Below are positions 1-19,033 of a stretch of 64,000 nucleotides of DNA, in pieces. The notes under the pieces were generated by a model. The model was not told the DNA's origin. It ran no database searches and was given only the letters and a program-made list of their open reading frames with translations. This DNA is from the human T2T-CHM13v2.0 reference genome, Homo sapiens: NCBI RefSeq assembly GCF_009914755.1, contig NC_060936.1. One strand, given 5' to 3'. Numbering within the stretch: position 1 is the stretch's first letter; each line of letters begins with the position of its first letter. The position numbers were made by a program, and so were the translations under genes.

Positions 1-158
1 AGAAAAATATTAGGTAAAGAAATCATGAAGTACTTAGTAATTTTCCAAGTAGAAGAACAGTAAAACAAAAAAAAAAAAAAAGGAAAAAGAGGAGTTAAAC
101 AGAAACAGATGCATAAGAGGCTATAATTAAGTACATAATAATTTGATATAAATATATT

Positions 159-846
159 TGTTATAAGACGTATTTTCCTTAGCTGAAACAAAAGCAGATA
201 GCACCGTTATTGTAGGTTGGCCTTTTGAGATATCTTTTCAGGTTCTTTGCATGTCTGACACCCATGGTTCCACCTGGACCTACCCAGAAGCAATTCAGCA
301 TGCAGGACGACAGCTTTGATCCCCTATGATATCATCTCTGCCTCCACCAATCAGCAGCAAGCCTAGCCACCCCTCACTCCTTCTTCCAAATTGCCTTTGA
401 AAACCCCCTAACCTATGAGTTTTGGATGAGATTGGTTTGAATACTACCTGTCTCCCACGTGGCATGGCCAGCCTTGTGCCTATTAAACTCTTTTTTGAGA
501 CAGGGTATCACTCTGGCGCCCAGGTTGGAGTGCAGTGGTGTAGTCGCAGCTCACTGCAGCCTTCCTGGGCTCAAGTGATCATCCCACCTGAGCCTCTTGA
601 GCAGCTGGGACTACAGGCACATGCCACCATGCCCAGCTAATGTTTTGCATCTTTCGCAGAGACAGAGTTTCGTTGTGTTGCCCAGGCTGGTCTTGAACTC
701 CCGGGCTCCAGCAATCCACCTGCTTTGGCCACACAAAGTGAGGATTACAGGTGTGAGCCACGGTACCTGACCCTAAACTCTTTCTTTACTGCAGTTATGT
801 GGTCTTTATTTGTGTAGCACACAGGAAGAACCCATGGGCAATTACA
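159..846 (+). mobile_element. ERV1-class solo LTR (MER39-like), interrupted by an Alu
   Basis: ccaatcagca box, attaaactc signal, terminal ggaagaacccatgggcaattaca; 5' boundary approximate. Confidence 0.6.
491..772 (-). mobile_element. AluJ
   Basis: Antisense Alu with TSD taaactcttt. Confidence 0.88.
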
Positions 847-1001
847 TTATGAAGTTTAATTATATGTATTCTTAATGATTGCTAACAACTGTCAGGTAAT
901 ACTCTCAACTGAAACATCAATGACACTGAGTAGAGCTTTATGTGAAGTATTTTTTATAGTCAGCATAGCATTTTATTAGTAATACTCTATGTTTTCTACA
1001 G

Positions 1002-1109
1002 AGTCAACTACTGGATTTTCTGTCTGGCAAACAGTATGCAGTAGGTGATGAAACTGATCTTTCTATACCAACATCACCAACAAGTAAATACAACCGTGAT
1101 AATGAAAAG
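1002..1109 (+). CDS. PARPBP: PARPBP (PARI) internal coding exon (probably exon 4), SQLLDFLSGK...YNRDNEK
   Basis: ttttctacag acceptor and aag|gtactg donor; 108 nt, phase 0-0, open frame that joins the next exon; peptide matches my recollection of human PARI. Confidence 0.93.
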
Positions 1110-2213
1110 GTACTGATAAACTGTGAGTAAATTAAAGCAGACTATAATCCCTTTCAAATCACTGAATTTGGTGGTACCTTAAAGTTACTAATGCTTTGTA
1201 AAAATTTTTTTAACAAATCTTTAGTATGTTTAAAACTGTATTCGCAAAGAATAATACATTGGAGGCTGGTGAGAATGTGATAAAAGAGTCTTTATGGTTT
1301 GGGGCCAAGGTAACAGGCATTGAACAAAAATAGTTATCATTCAAAGTATCAGGAAAGTAATTGAAGGTCCAGTTTGTCAGAGTTCTTTGACTCTCTTTGG
1401 TAAACTTCACATTTACTCTTTTAGATGGTTCATCCTTGGGAGAATATGCTCAACTGAAAAATCTGGTCTGTACCCCTTGCAGTAGTACAGCTCATATATC
1501 AGGAGTTTGGATGATAGGGTTTGTCGTATAAACCACCGAAAAGTAGTGCCACATACAAGTTTGGTTTAATATAATTTACGTTCAGCTGAATACTATGCTG
1601 GGTACCTAAACATATATGGTAACCCCACTAACCATAGTAGTAGTACTTACGAAAACGGGGACTAAACTATGACCTTTTTTCTCTCTTGCCCAAATTCCTA
1701 TTTAAGGGGCCTGGGGAGTCATACCTTCTAAACTGTAACATCTCATCAGATGGGTTTTATTTAACCCTCTATAATGTGGTTTACTTTCCAGCCTGACTCT
1801 GGCATAACATCACATGACAGATAGAGAAGGAAATAAAAATATTTTACCCCAAAATATGTTTCTTTGCCATATTTTGAAATGGTCCTACAAAGCTGTCTTT
1901 TGTGGAGGAAAATTTGCGTTTGTAAAGGATATCAATTAACTAAATCTTTCCCCTTCCAGGCCCTCCCAGTCCTGAAGAGATAACTGAGAGTCTAGCACCT
2001 TTTAATAGGAAGCATTTGCCATCTATTGTTTCTAAGGGTGGCCACCTATGAGACGTCATCTACATAATAAGAACCTTGGTCTTCACAATCCCATATCTTA
2101 AACCAGAGACTCCTTTCTACTGATTCCAGGTCTTTAGATAATAATTCTTTCAACCAATTGCTTGCCAATCAGAAAATCTTTGAATCTACCTATGACCTAT
2201 AAGCCCCATTTCA

Positions 2214-2504
<291 letters not shown>

Positions 2505-2520
2505 CTATGCCTCAGGCCAT

Positions 2521-3627
<1,107 letters not shown>

Positions 3628-3755
3628 CAGAATTAACCTTAAATATTTTACGGGGCTTAACTCTTGGCAAAGTTTCTGTGATTAATAAAATCACCATTGA
3701 CAAGATGAGAATTTAAGAGTGTTGAAAAAAGTAAAATTATATTCAACATATTTTA

Positions 3756-4077
<322 letters not shown>

Positions 4078-4267
4078 AACATATTTTAGAAATATGATAT
4101 GTAAATGGTCTAGAATGCATTTACTTCCAAAATCACCTGTTCCAGTAAGTTAACACATTTGGTGAATCACCTTCATTTTTGACAAACATTGCTGAGGTAG
4201 ATTCTTCTATATGTCCCATGTTAAATAGATTGCACTTAAAATATATATTTTATCAGTGCCCTCAAAT

Positions 4268-4325
4268 ACTTGTATGTCTCTTGTAATACTCTTGTATGTC
4301 TCTTGTAATACTCTTGTAATACTCT
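4268..4325. repeat. Short local tandem repeat of cttgtatgtct/cttgtaatact units
   Basis: Directly visible 11-12 bp units repeated five times. Confidence 0.8.
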
Positions 4326-4399
4326 AGATTTAATAAAGTGTTTTATATGTGCATCTGATATTTTTTCTGTCCTATTTGAAAGTAAGTTGCTGACATGTG

Positions 4400-5700
4400 G
4401 GTCCCTGGAATTCTTTAGCGTACATTTCCTAAAAGTAATGGCATAACCGCAATATAAGAAATAAGAAAATTTAAATAAGTATTTTAAAATATCATTTACT
4501 AACTTCCATATTTAAATTTCTCCATTTGTCCCCAAAATGGTTTTATATCTCCTTAGACTCTTTTACTCCAGAAGAATTCCCCTAATCTTTTTTTTTTTTA
4601 ATTTTCTGATTAATTCCTTGTGGTATTATTTAACTTGTTTCTCTATTTGCTGTATTTCCAATAAACTGGAAGTGATATCTGAAATCTTGCTTAGATTTTG
4701 GTTTAATATTTCCTAAGAAATACTTCTTAACTGATGCAGAGTATTTCATTTTATATCTTATTGGGAAACAAACTCAGGTTATCCTGAATTGCCAGGTCTC
4801 TCCAGTACAAAGATGTAGTTTTTCCTTTGCTGTCAGCAAAGATCTGTGAGGTGACACTTTGGCACTGTATAAATAATCCTGTTTCTCAATAACCTTTTAT
4901 CTAATGGTTTTAAGCATTGATGATCCTGACTTGAATCAGTTATTTCTGTAGTATCTATAGAATAGTGAGCTTCTGGCCAGGCACGGTGGCTCACGCCTGT
5001 AATCCCAGCACTTTGGGAGGCTGAGGCGAGTGGATCACAAGGTCAGGAGATCGAGACCATCCTGGCTAACACGGTGAACCCTCGTCTCTACTAAAAATAC
5101 AAAAAAGTAGCCAGGTGTAATGGTGGGCGCCTGTAGTCCCAGCTACTCTGGAGGCTGAGGCAGGAGAATGGCGTGAACCTGGGAGGCGGGAGCTTGCAGT
5201 GAGCCGAGATGGTGCCACTGCACTCCAGCCTGGGAGGGAGTGCGAGACTCCATCTCAAAAAAAAAAAAAAAAAAAAAAAGAATAGTGAGCTTCTAATTCT
5301 GTTATGTCTTTACATTAATTACTTGCCATTTCTCAATAAAGCTTTATCTTATCAAATGAGATGAAGTACCCTTCTCTAAAAATCTCAGGGTAACTCCTCA
5401 ATTCTCTACCAATTTAGGGGTTAGTGTAATAGTTATATATAATATAAGCAAATTAGATATTTATTCTTTTATTGCTCTCCTTTTTGTGTGTCTATTGTTT
5501 GGATTCATGAATTTATATTTATTCACTGTTTTAAAATGAGTTACACTCATTAATCTTTGATGCTAAAATAGAGGAAGCTGCTTCAAGCAGGTTTTTGTGT
5601 CTTTTTTACATGCTCTAGTAGACTTTTCAAGCATTTTCCTCTTTTCTGGTACAAGAAAATATCCCAAGCCCACCTTGAATGTTTCCTGCCCAGACCTGGT
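4400..5700 (-). mobile_element. Old L1 3' region (L1MC-like), interrupted by an AluY
   Basis: Resemblance to L1MC4/5 3' ends (cttttctggtacaagaaaatatcccaagcccaccttg); boundaries approximate. Confidence 0.5.
4975..5278 (+). mobile_element. AluY
   Basis: gagatcgagaccatcctggctaacacggtg; 16-bp TSD agaatagtgagcttct. Confidence 0.93.
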
Positions 5701-6230
5701 TCCTTTTAGAGATTTGTAACTATTTTCTCTTGCTTGAAATTAATTTTTCACTTACATTTCCTTTCTTTTCCCTTGATGCTCCAAATCTTGACAAAGTGAT
5801 TGCCAAATTGCCTGATCTTTTCTCGGTGGCGCTTAAGCAGTGTATTTGTGTATCAAAAGGGTAGATTACTTAAAGATCTCTTTTATCTATCCTGTATGTA
5901 CTACAGGGAGGAAATTATAATTGTTATATTTGTATTTTTAAAGAGGAATGAACCAATTTGTATATGTGAAAAGAATTAAGCTTTTAGAACTTCGGCTTAT
6001 AAAGTTTAAAGGAGTATCTGTGACTAAAGATTATAAGCATGTAGTTTCCTGATTTAAACAACACTGATAGTTTCATTGTGTTAATTCTCTAATTTCTAAC
6101 TTTTGCTTTCTTGGATTATATTTTCTAATAGAATTTTACCTACTAGTTCAACTAATGGATTTGATTTTCTGAGGAGTATTAAATTGGCAGCCATCTTCCT
6201 AACCATGCTTCTGTTACTTGCAGTTTCTAA

Positions 6231-6561
<331 letters not shown>

Positions 6562-7802
6562 TGGAAGTCAATGTAGCTCTAATTAAAATCCTAATGTGAA
6601 TTTTTGGGCTTCAGTCTTGCAGAGAAATATTTTGACCATCAAATGTGTTTACTAATATGACACCAGTCTTCAAGTAGGTGAATGGATTGAATTTGAGAAA
6701 CAATATTTTTGTTTCCTTATTTTATTTTACTTCATTTTATTTTTCCTAAGGTACTAAACCATTGCTTTTAAAATTCTGAAGTAATGAAGGGAATAATAGA
6801 ATAAAGGCCAGAAAAAGAAAATCATCAGTTAAAAAAAAAAATCTACTAAGTATCTTAGTTTTTGTCCAACTTTTTTTTTGTCAGTATATATAAGCATTTA
6901 TGCATTGGCAAACAAAAGTTAAAAAAAGACCCTGTATAAATTGTTAATCTTCTCAGCTTAGAAAAACTGACTTTCTTCAAACTGAGGTTGAATATCTGCC
7001 TCTCAGTAAGAAGAGATAGGAAAAGAAACTTGGAATTATCAGAAAGCTTAAATAAAATTGTCCAGCTTCTAAACAAACATTGCAAATACTTTGTGGTATG
7101 GATATAATCAGTTTATTAAACAAATAAACAGAACAGTATCCTTATTTTTGGTGTTTTGGTAAAGGCTTCAATCTTGTGGATGTTTTCAATTTAGGCCCTT
7201 GCTCTTGGACATCATAACTATACTTATGTGGACTGCTTTTCCAGGGAACCTCTTTAAAACTCACTTGTAAATACAAGAGCAAGGAAACCATAACAGCCAT
7301 GTTATCTGACCATAATAAGAGGGATAGATTTCCAATTGCAGCCATGAGCTAAAAGAAACACTCTAACTGTGAGGACTCCAAGATGTTTTTCCCTGAAGTT
7401 TGCCCAACATCACAGATCAGAAGGACAAAATTTGCTAACCTTAAAGAGCAAGTTGTAGATGTGAGAGCTTAAGCCCTGGTTTTGTACCCAATTAGGATCA
7501 GGTATATACATATTTGTTAAGTTCTTGTTATTTTTGAACAGCAGAAGCACAGTGACATAGAGATTGCATTAAGTTAAATGTAGGAAAAGTTTCTGATTAC
7601 AATGTGAATGTCACTTTTTCTCTGCTTTGATTTTCGGTAAATTGTGTTATTCTTCTCAGATGTCAAAGGAATACAAAGAATTGTGTCTTAGACTATTGCA
7701 CTGTGAAGTTAAAATGGAAACTCATATTATAGACTTGTGTAATAGAAGTATTGTGATTTACTGTGAAAGTAAAGATAAAAGGACATTTGAAATATGAGCA
7801 GA

Positions 7803-8120
<318 letters not shown>

Positions 8121-8203
8121 TTATACATTATTTTATAAAATTTTAGGAGAAGCCTTAAAGCTTATTTTTATTTGGTTGTGACTTAGAATACCTTTCTTTG
8201 TAA

Positions 8204-8541
<338 letters not shown>

Positions 8542-8775
8542 TCAGGTAAGTTTTTCTTAATAGATTTTTAATTTTGAAATTTTTAAAGAGTCAAATTTAT
8601 GTATTAATTTTTCTTTCATTCATCATTGAATGAAAACTCATTGAGAACCTATTGACAAAAACAGATTGATTACCTACTATAATGCGAGTCATTCTGTTAG
8701 GATCTAAGGACAGATGATTTGCTCTCATGGAACTCACAAAGTAATAGGAGGATTAAGAAACGTTATCAGAAAGTG

Positions 8776-8902
<127 letters not shown>

Positions 8903-9674
8903 TTAAAAAGAAAAGTATGCAGAGAATTATAATAGGGTGATATGCAGAGTTATCACAGGATGGCAGGAAAGAGAATACATGAATGTCTACTTTAGACTGG
9001 GGAATCAGGGAGCATCTCTGAAAAGGTAACATTTACTTAATATGCAAGAAAAAATCTTTCTCATGGTTAATCTTTAAACTTTGTTTTCTTGTAATTAATT
9101 TTGCTTAAATTCTATCTCGAGTCCATATTTAAGGCAATGCTTTCCTGTCCAGTGAAGTTTTTCTTTTAAATTGACCCTGCCTGCCTCCTACTTTTTAATA
9201 ATTGTTTTTTGCATGGGAACTTAAACAGTCAAAATATATTATCTTTTGAATTTATTTTAAGGTGTATATGCTTAACAACTATCTAAGAGGCTTGCTAAGG
9301 ATTTGTAATTTTTTATTGCTGCCTTTTTTAGTTTCTTTTATGCTTCAAAAATTTAACATGTGATTAGATTGAATATGATGAAATTTTAGTTTTAATAAGG
9401 GAAATATTTTCTTAGCATTTACAGATGATAAATTCCGGGGATATTAGTTGTGACTGAAATTACTGAAGGATTTTTGAATTTCATGTGTTTTGAGTGGGAA
9501 TCGAGTTTAGAATTCGTGAGTCTGTTATCTGAGGGAATAGGCAAGAATATGATTTCAAGTGGACAGTTTGGGAACAATAAGAATTAGAAACAGGATTCTA
9601 GAGCAGAAGGTGGGATCGAAGTAGTTGAGAAGGCAAAAATAGGAAGAAAATTCCATGCAAGGAATTTAATTTTG

Positions 9675-11420
<1,746 letters not shown>

Positions 11421-11573
11421 CCCAACCTGTTTTTATATGGCAGTTTTATTTTTCTAAAGAGTTAAGTGAGGTATTGTGATTGAATGATTACATACATTTT
11501 TACTGCTTATGAAAAAGATTATGGATTTAGAAGAACTGCAATAAAGAAATTAACTGAATATTTTATTGCACAG

Positions 11574-11744
11574 GTGCAGCTGCTAGCAAGGAAAATTATC
11601 TTTTCATATTTAAATCTGCTAGTGAATTCAAAGAATGACCTGGCTGTGGCTTATATTCTCAATATTCCTGATAGAGGACTAGGAAGAGAAGCCTTCACTG
11701 ATTTGAAACATGCTGCTCGAGAGAAACAAATGTCTATCTTTTTG
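11574..11744 (+). CDS. PARPBP: PARPBP coding exon (probably 5), [10 protein letters not shown]...KQMSIFL
   Basis: ttgcacag acceptor, ttg|gtatgg donor; 171 nt; inside ORF 11484..11816. Confidence 0.95.
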
Positions 11745-11932
11745 GTATGGTTGTGTGACATGTTCAAAATTAAGACTCCTTGCACAGTGGATCCATGTAT
11801 CCTAATATGCTTGTAACTAGGATGAAACAACTTTTAAGTGGTTAATTTATGTTCTACCTCTGTATTTGAAAATCCATGGTATTTTAATTTTTTACCATAT
11901 CGTTCAAGTTTGGTAAAGGAGAATTTCTCTAA

Positions 11933-12270
11933 AGCAGTGTTTCCTTACATATGTTCTGTATAGTGCTAGCCCTGATAAATTCTCTGTGAATAAATGTTTC
12001 CAGTGTCAAAACGTTTCTGTTAAATGTTCTTTGAATAAATGTTTCCAAGGGCAAAATGTTTAGAAGTAGTATATACCCTTATTGGTTATACATAATCCAT
12101 GATTGTATATAAGAGCTCTGAGAAGTCCTGCCATAAAGAAATCTGCTTGTAGCAAATTAAGCTTGTTATTTAATCTGTTGTTTCCTAATTTATTTGACCA
12201 TAGAACTTTCCCCTAAATTATCGACATTTCACAGGATTTGTCTTTCTTAGAATGTACCTTGGAACATTTC
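11933..12270. mobile_element. Old hAT-Charlie-type MITE (MER112/113-like)
   Basis: cagtgtttcc start, gagctctgagaagtcctg internal motif; family uncertain. Confidence 0.35.
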
Positions 12271-12864
12271 ATGTTTGATTGGAACACTTACGTACAGCTA
12301 TCACATATGTATTTTTATCATTGTAAGGACAAGCCTTTTGAACTATACATGATCCCAGGATGGGAAAGCTGGATGTAACTTAGTGATTATCTAGTCTGTA
12401 TTTTTATTTTACAAATAGAGAGGCTGAGGTTTGGAAGTGTTAAATTGCCCAACCAATTCACCTGTTTAACACAACAGATCAGCTGACGCTAAAAATTCCC
12501 TTGTTCCATGTAACAATTTCAATAGCTAGTAGTCAACTATATTATAATATATTCATAAATGAGTTCTTTAGAGTCAATAATACATTCTAATTAATATACT
12601 TTAGCTCTTAATTTGTCCCCTAACTCAGCTCCTCAGCCTCAATCTGCAGCTGGGTGTCATTGCCACCACACTTGCTAGCATGAATTCTGCATGGCATTTG
12701 TTTCTTTGGTTATTTACTTCTGACTCAAAGTGTGTCATGAGCCATAAAATGTGCTTCACTTTTAACTGTATACCCAGAATTATATAGATTTACTTAGCTT
12801 TATGAAGTAAATTACAGTTTAATAAATCACTGGACATAACTTATCCGTTTGTTTTAATTCATAG

Positions 12865-13019
12865 GTGGCCACGTCTTTTATTAGAACAATAGAGCTTGGA
12901 GGGAAAGGATATGCACCACCACCATCAGATCCTTTAAGGACACATGTAAAGGGATTGTCTAATTTTATTAATTTCATTGACAAATTAGATGAGATTCTTG
13001 GAGAAATACCAAACCCAAG
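12865..13019 (+). CDS. PARPBP: PARPBP coding exon (probably 6), [10 protein letters not shown]...GEIPNP(S)
   Basis: ttcatag acceptor, aag|gtaatg donor; 155 nt, ends phase 2; open frame. Confidence 0.95.
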
Positions 13020-13630
13020 GTAATGACTTTTCATATATTACAAATATGTTTTTAATCTATCTTTAAAACTTTACAGAATTGGGTAGAAATAAGGGATATT
13101 GAAATGACCAAGCATCAGACCAAACGGTGAGGCGAAGAAACAAAATCTAGATGAATAAATTATAATCACATGACCTTACCTCCTAAATTTCTGCCTGTGA
13201 TTCTGAGTTTTGGCCAAAGTCAAAAGTCACATCCATACTAAATTTGATTAGAGAAGAGAGTTACCATTTATTTTTATCTGGATGAAATAGATTTTTGAGG
13301 ACTGGCAATGAGCAGACAGATAATTTCTGTATATTTTTTATTTAGCAATAAAGGAAACTGATATCAAGAATGAGTAAGAAAATTGACAAAGATATGAAAT
13401 CCCTATTCTATTTTCTGTTGTTTTTCATTTTCTTATGTGCAAATCTTTGGTTCATCTGGGATTTGTTTTTATATGATATTGGAGGTAAGAGATTTTTAAA
13501 AATCTGATAGACCCCCATTTATAATATTGGTATATTGAGTGGTAAGTAAGTTTTAGGGGCAGAAGTGGATTGTAATGCTAGCAATCATGGTGGATCATTG
13601 TCAATTTGGTATCCTATAACATAAATAAAC

Positions 13631-13875
13631 ATAATAAAAATAGCTGATATTTATTGAACACTTGTTACATGTCAGACATTGTGCTAAGTTCTTTACTCAG
13701 ATTATCATTTGATCATTACAACAACCTGACTTGATAGATACTATTACTATTCCTAATTTAGAGGTGAAGAGACTAAAACACAGGGATCAAGTAACTTGCC
13801 CTAGGTTATATTAAGTAGCAGAGTAGGGATCTGAACACAGTCAGTACTGTGCATCCATTCTCTTAATGACTATAT
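13631..13875 (-). mobile_element. MIR
   Basis: atttattgaacacttg...aagtaacttgccctagg core. Confidence 0.8.
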
Positions 13876-14179
13876 CTTGTTCCATGAAACTTCATTCCAT
13901 TCTAAGATTCTAAGAAGGATTTTTTTTCAGGATTTTATTCTGAATTGCAGTCTGTCTTCTCATATGGATATCCATTACAAAGAAGTAAATTTGGAAGAGG
14001 GTTTTGAAAATAACTTAGAGACAAAATAAGTGACATCTTCTGAACTTCCAGATAATATATTGGGGAGCCATTTCTATTGAAATATCAGATATTTAATTTT
14101 TAAAAAATTTTTTGTAAGGCAATATAGATATATTTTGTTAAAGTCAGGTGGTACTACAGTCATCTGTCAGTTTTTTGCC

Positions 14180-15375
14180 CTTGAAGATATTCCTTCTGGA
14201 AAGTCCCCTGTCATCTTTATTCAATCTTTGCTTTTGCTCGTTAGGCCTGTGTCAGAGTGGCAACCATGAACCTTCATCCTCACCTCGTGAAACAGTCTCT
14301 GCCTGTTTCCTGGCTCTTATGACTTTATTTTAATTGGTAAACCCCTTATTTTGCTCAAGTAGCTTTCTCAGAAAAAGTAAATGGTAAGCAAATATTTTAT
14401 GTTAGTCTTATATTTGGTTGCATATGATTTTATGTCATGTTTCATTTATTTCTCTAAGATTATTTATTATATTTAATGTAAAAATATTGTTATCTGCTTC
14501 CTGAATGGTCTTTGTTTTATCTAGATTGGATGCTTTTCTGTTTTTTACTTTCTTTTTTTTGCCCTCTTTCATAGTAGAGGTGTTCCCACAATGTGTGGTG
14601 ATTCTGAACTGTCCTTTCATATTTAAGAGTGAGGCCCTATAGAGCTGATTAGTAGCTCTGTATAGTGGGTTTATTTATAGCATGATGCCCAGTTGGCTCT
14701 TTTGTTGGAGACTTACTCTCCAAATGTCAGTAACTTTAGATCTTTTCTTTGGGACTTTCCCAAAAATTTCCACAGAGGAATCTTTTAATCTCTGAAAGCT
14801 GTAAATCTGGCTAGCAATATTCTGGGATTTGAGATAGGTCCACGTTGATGCTGAGTCTCACAGTTCCGTATGTAGACTTACTCAATTCCTTTGTTTTTAG
14901 TCCTGCTGCCCCTGGGTCTGGAGCCTCTCATAGTTTCTTTAGAACAGTTCTGCTTCCCATGCTGAGGTGGGAGAGAAGCACTAGACTGACTGCTCAGAAT
15001 AGAGGGAGAATGGGGGTATAAGTGTTCCTTATGGAGACTGTCAACTAGCTTTTCTGTTTTCAACCCTGCCTTTACATAGCCATCAGTATTGCCTTCAATT
15101 TCTGATTAATTTCTGAGTTTGCTTCTTACTGATGTTCCTCTTAGCAGTTACTTAGGTTTTAGCTTTTGTATTCTGGGTAGTTAGTTATGACTCAACCATC
15201 TGTTTTCATTTTTTTGTACTTTGATGAAATGCCTCTACTCTCATCAGCTGTTGTTTCCTCTCTCATTCTCTTTTTCTTCATAGATGGAAACTTTTTTGTT
15301 TTTTGCTTTTTTGTCATTTTAGTGAAGTTTTGGAAAAGAGCAGAGATAAATGTGTATGTTCAATCCAATATGGTT
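14180..15375 (-). mobile_element. HAL1/old L1-related element
   Basis: catatttaagagtgaggcccta and agagataaatgtgtatgttcaatcc motifs resemble HAL1. Confidence 0.5.
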
Positions 15376-16149
15376 TGTTATAATTACATTCCTTTTGGAG
15401 GAATTTCTGGTTGTGGTCAACAGGGTAGAAGTACATTTGTTTTAGAGGCATCTAGGGTGAGGGAATAGACTTCTTCAACTTAGCAGCCATTTATTTTGGA
15501 TATTCCATGTGGTTATAATAAGGAAGTATCTTCTAGAGAAGGTCTTGAGGAAGTGAGTATCTAAATAGTGAATGTCTTCAACTGGGTATCTGAATAGTCC
15601 ACTTGAGCAATTTTTGTTATCTTTTTTGTGTTGATTTGTTTGTTTATTTTTGTTCTGCAGTAGGTATAGGTTTGTTTTATAAATAAAATAAAATTATTAA
15701 AAACTAAAAACATATACCCTATGCATATCATAATAGATATTAATAGAAGGTGTACAGAGGAAAGGGCAATTGACCTGGTTTCTGGGAGCCAGGGATAAGG
15801 GTGTCAAGAATGCTTATCTGGATGGGTGTTAACAGTTAAGCCTAATTTTGAAGGATGAACTTGAAGGAGTTAACTAGACATGGTGGGTGGGAAAGTGGAT
15901 AACCCATTTGGACATTGCTTCACTGGTTATTCATTTTATCTTATAATTTCAACCTCTCCCTTTACTAGTACTTTAGCCACATTCTATAAGCTTATAAGAA
16001 ATAAACAACAAACTGTCTTCTTTGTTTCTTCCAGTTCCTTCTTCCTTTTACAGCTCATATTCTTAAAGAAAATACTTTCCTTTTTTCTGCTTCCCTCTTT
16101 GTAAGTATTTAATGTATATTTCTCAATAGACAGTAAACTCAATGAGAGT

Positions 16150-17040
16150 TTATTGGTTTTCTTCACCAATATTCCCTAGCCCTAGCACAATTTTTGCCAG
16201 AATAGACAGTCAATATTTATTTGATTGTCTGTACTTGACTGATTTATACTCCTTCACTTTTTCCCTCTACTGAAGCTATTCTGCCAGTGGTCACTTGTGA
16301 TCTTCTAATTATCATAGTCTTTGGTCTCTTTTGAGTCTTCAAATTTAGTCATTTCCTATTGGAACTCTTTTTTCCTATAACTTCAGATACGTCATTCTCT
16401 TATTTTCCACCTACCTCTTCTACTACATATATGCAAATTCTTCTAAATCTATATTTCAGTGAAATTCGAACCTCTTTCCTGAGTTTCAGAAACATATCTT
16501 CAACTATCTTTAAGATGGTGCCTCACAGGCAACTCATATGTCCTAAACTAAATTTTTGTCTTTCTCTGCAAAACTGCTTCTCCTCCTGAAGCGATGAAGC
16601 CTGTCTCTCTCCAGCTCCCAAACAAGAATCTGGGGCATATCCTAAATACATTCACTCACTAAGATCCGTCACTTTTTCTTACTTCACATTTTTTATGTTC
16701 TTTCTCCTCATCTCTTCCTATAGCTACTATTTTATTTCCAGTGTTTACTGTTTCAGACTTTCATCCTTTCTTGTCTGGACCTTTTCACGTGTCACTGAGT
16801 TGTCTATTCTGCCTCCAGTCTTAAGTTGCCCTATCCTGTCGTCCTCATTGCTGCCAGAGTGATTTTTCTGAAACAACAAATGTTACTCCCATAATTAAAA
16901 CTTTTCAGTGATTCCATATTTGGTACAGGGTAAAGCTTCAGGAACCTCAATATGATACACAAAACTGTCTATGCTCTAACTCCTGCCCATCTCTCACTCT
17001 GACCTCTTTATCCTCCTCGTCTCTGTCAACCTTAAAACTT
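16150..17040 (+). mobile_element. L2 fragments
   Basis: gctgccagagtgatttttctgaaac...aaaacttttcagtgattcc, typical of the L2 3' region. Confidence 0.6.
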
Positions 17041-17401
17041 AGAAATAAAAATGTATTTAGCTCTTGTATCTGAGGAAAAGTTTATACTACTTATTTTTAA
17101 ATAGAAAAATTACAGTAATGTTTGAGTCCAAGGAAGGGTGGAATAGACAGACTGGGAAGAAATAAAGAACACTCATCGCCCCACTGCCCACTTTTCATGA
17201 GGCCATCTTAGCTATAGGTGGCTGCATTTCTACACTTTGCCAGTAGGTGACACCATAAAATGCATAGTGTACTTTCACCTGAAAGATGTCTTAAATGAGA
17301 TGTTTCAAGTTGTATCAATTAATAGTTCCCTGTTGTTCAGAAGTTGAAAATTCTGTATTTCACATTTATCACACAACTTTTTAATGCACATTTACATTAT
17401 A

Positions 17402-18617
17402 CTGTCATGCGCCACTTGATGAGAATATGCTCTCAGAAATGCATTGTTAGGCAATTTCATCACTGTACAAACATCATAGACTGTACATACACAAACCTGG
17501 ATGGTGTAGCCTGCCACACACATAGGCTATATGGCATAGCCTATTGCTGCTAGGCTACAAACCTGTATGGCCTGTTACTGTATCAAATACTGTAGGCAAT
17601 TGTAACACAATGGTATTTGTGTGGCTAAGCATATCTAAACATTGAAAAGGTCCTGTTCAGAATGCAGTATAAAACATAAACATAGATAAGCATAGGGTAC
17701 TTGCCATGACTGGAGTTTGCAGCACTTGAAGTTGCTCTGGATGAGTGGTGAGTGAATATGAAGGCCTGGAACATTATTGTAAACTCTTGTAGACTTTATA
17801 CACATTATAAACCTAGGCCACACTAAATTTATAGAGCAAATATTTCTTTCTTCAAGAATAAATTACACTTAGCTTGCTCTAACTTTATGAACTTTAAAAT
17901 TTGACTATGAATTTTTTAAAATTTTGAAACTTTTTGAGTCTTGTAGTAACACTTAGCTTAAAACACAAATACATTGTACAGCTGTACAGAATTTTTTTCT
18001 CTGTATCCTTATTCTATATGCTTTTCTCTGTTTAATTTTTCTTTTTTTTTTTTTTTTTTGCTTTTTAAACTTTTTTGTTTAAAATTAAGACACAAACATA
18101 AACATTAGCCTAGGTCTACACAGGGTCAGGATTATCAATATGACTGTCTTCCACCTCCACATCTTGTCCCACTGGAAAATCTTCAGGAGCAGTAATACCC
18201 CTGGAGGTGTCATCTCCTACAGTCACAACACCTTCTTCAGGAATACCTCCTGAAGGACCTGCCTGAGACTATTTCAGTTAGTGCTTTTTTTTTTTTTAAA
18301 TAAGTAGAAGGAGTACACTCTAAAATAATGATAAAAGGTATAGCAAACACATAAACCAGTAAGAGTCATTTATTATAATGACCAAGTATTATGTATTAAA
18401 CATAATTATGTGCACTATACTATTATATTACTGGCAGCACAGTAGGTTTGTTTACACAAGCATCACCACAAACATGTGAGTGATGTGTTGAGCTATGATG
18501 CTACGATGTTACATCACTAGGCAATAGGAATTTTTCAGCTCCATTATAATATTATGGGACTACCATCATATATGTGGTCTGTTGCTGACTGTAATGTTAT
18601 TATACAGCACATAACTA
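17402..18617 (+). mobile_element. Tigger3b-like DNA transposon
   Basis: TA-ctgtcatgcgcc start and gcacataacta end (degenerate TIRs); ctaggctacaaacctgta internal motifs; about 1.2 kb. Confidence 0.85.
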
Positions 18618-18720
18618 TTTATGTTGGGCTAAATATACATGTTTGGAGTGTTAAATCTCACTGAAATTTTTCAGTCTAATCTCCTAATGTTAAAGTTTTT
18701 CTTGTTTAAAAATATTTCAT

Positions 18721-19033
<313 letters not shown>
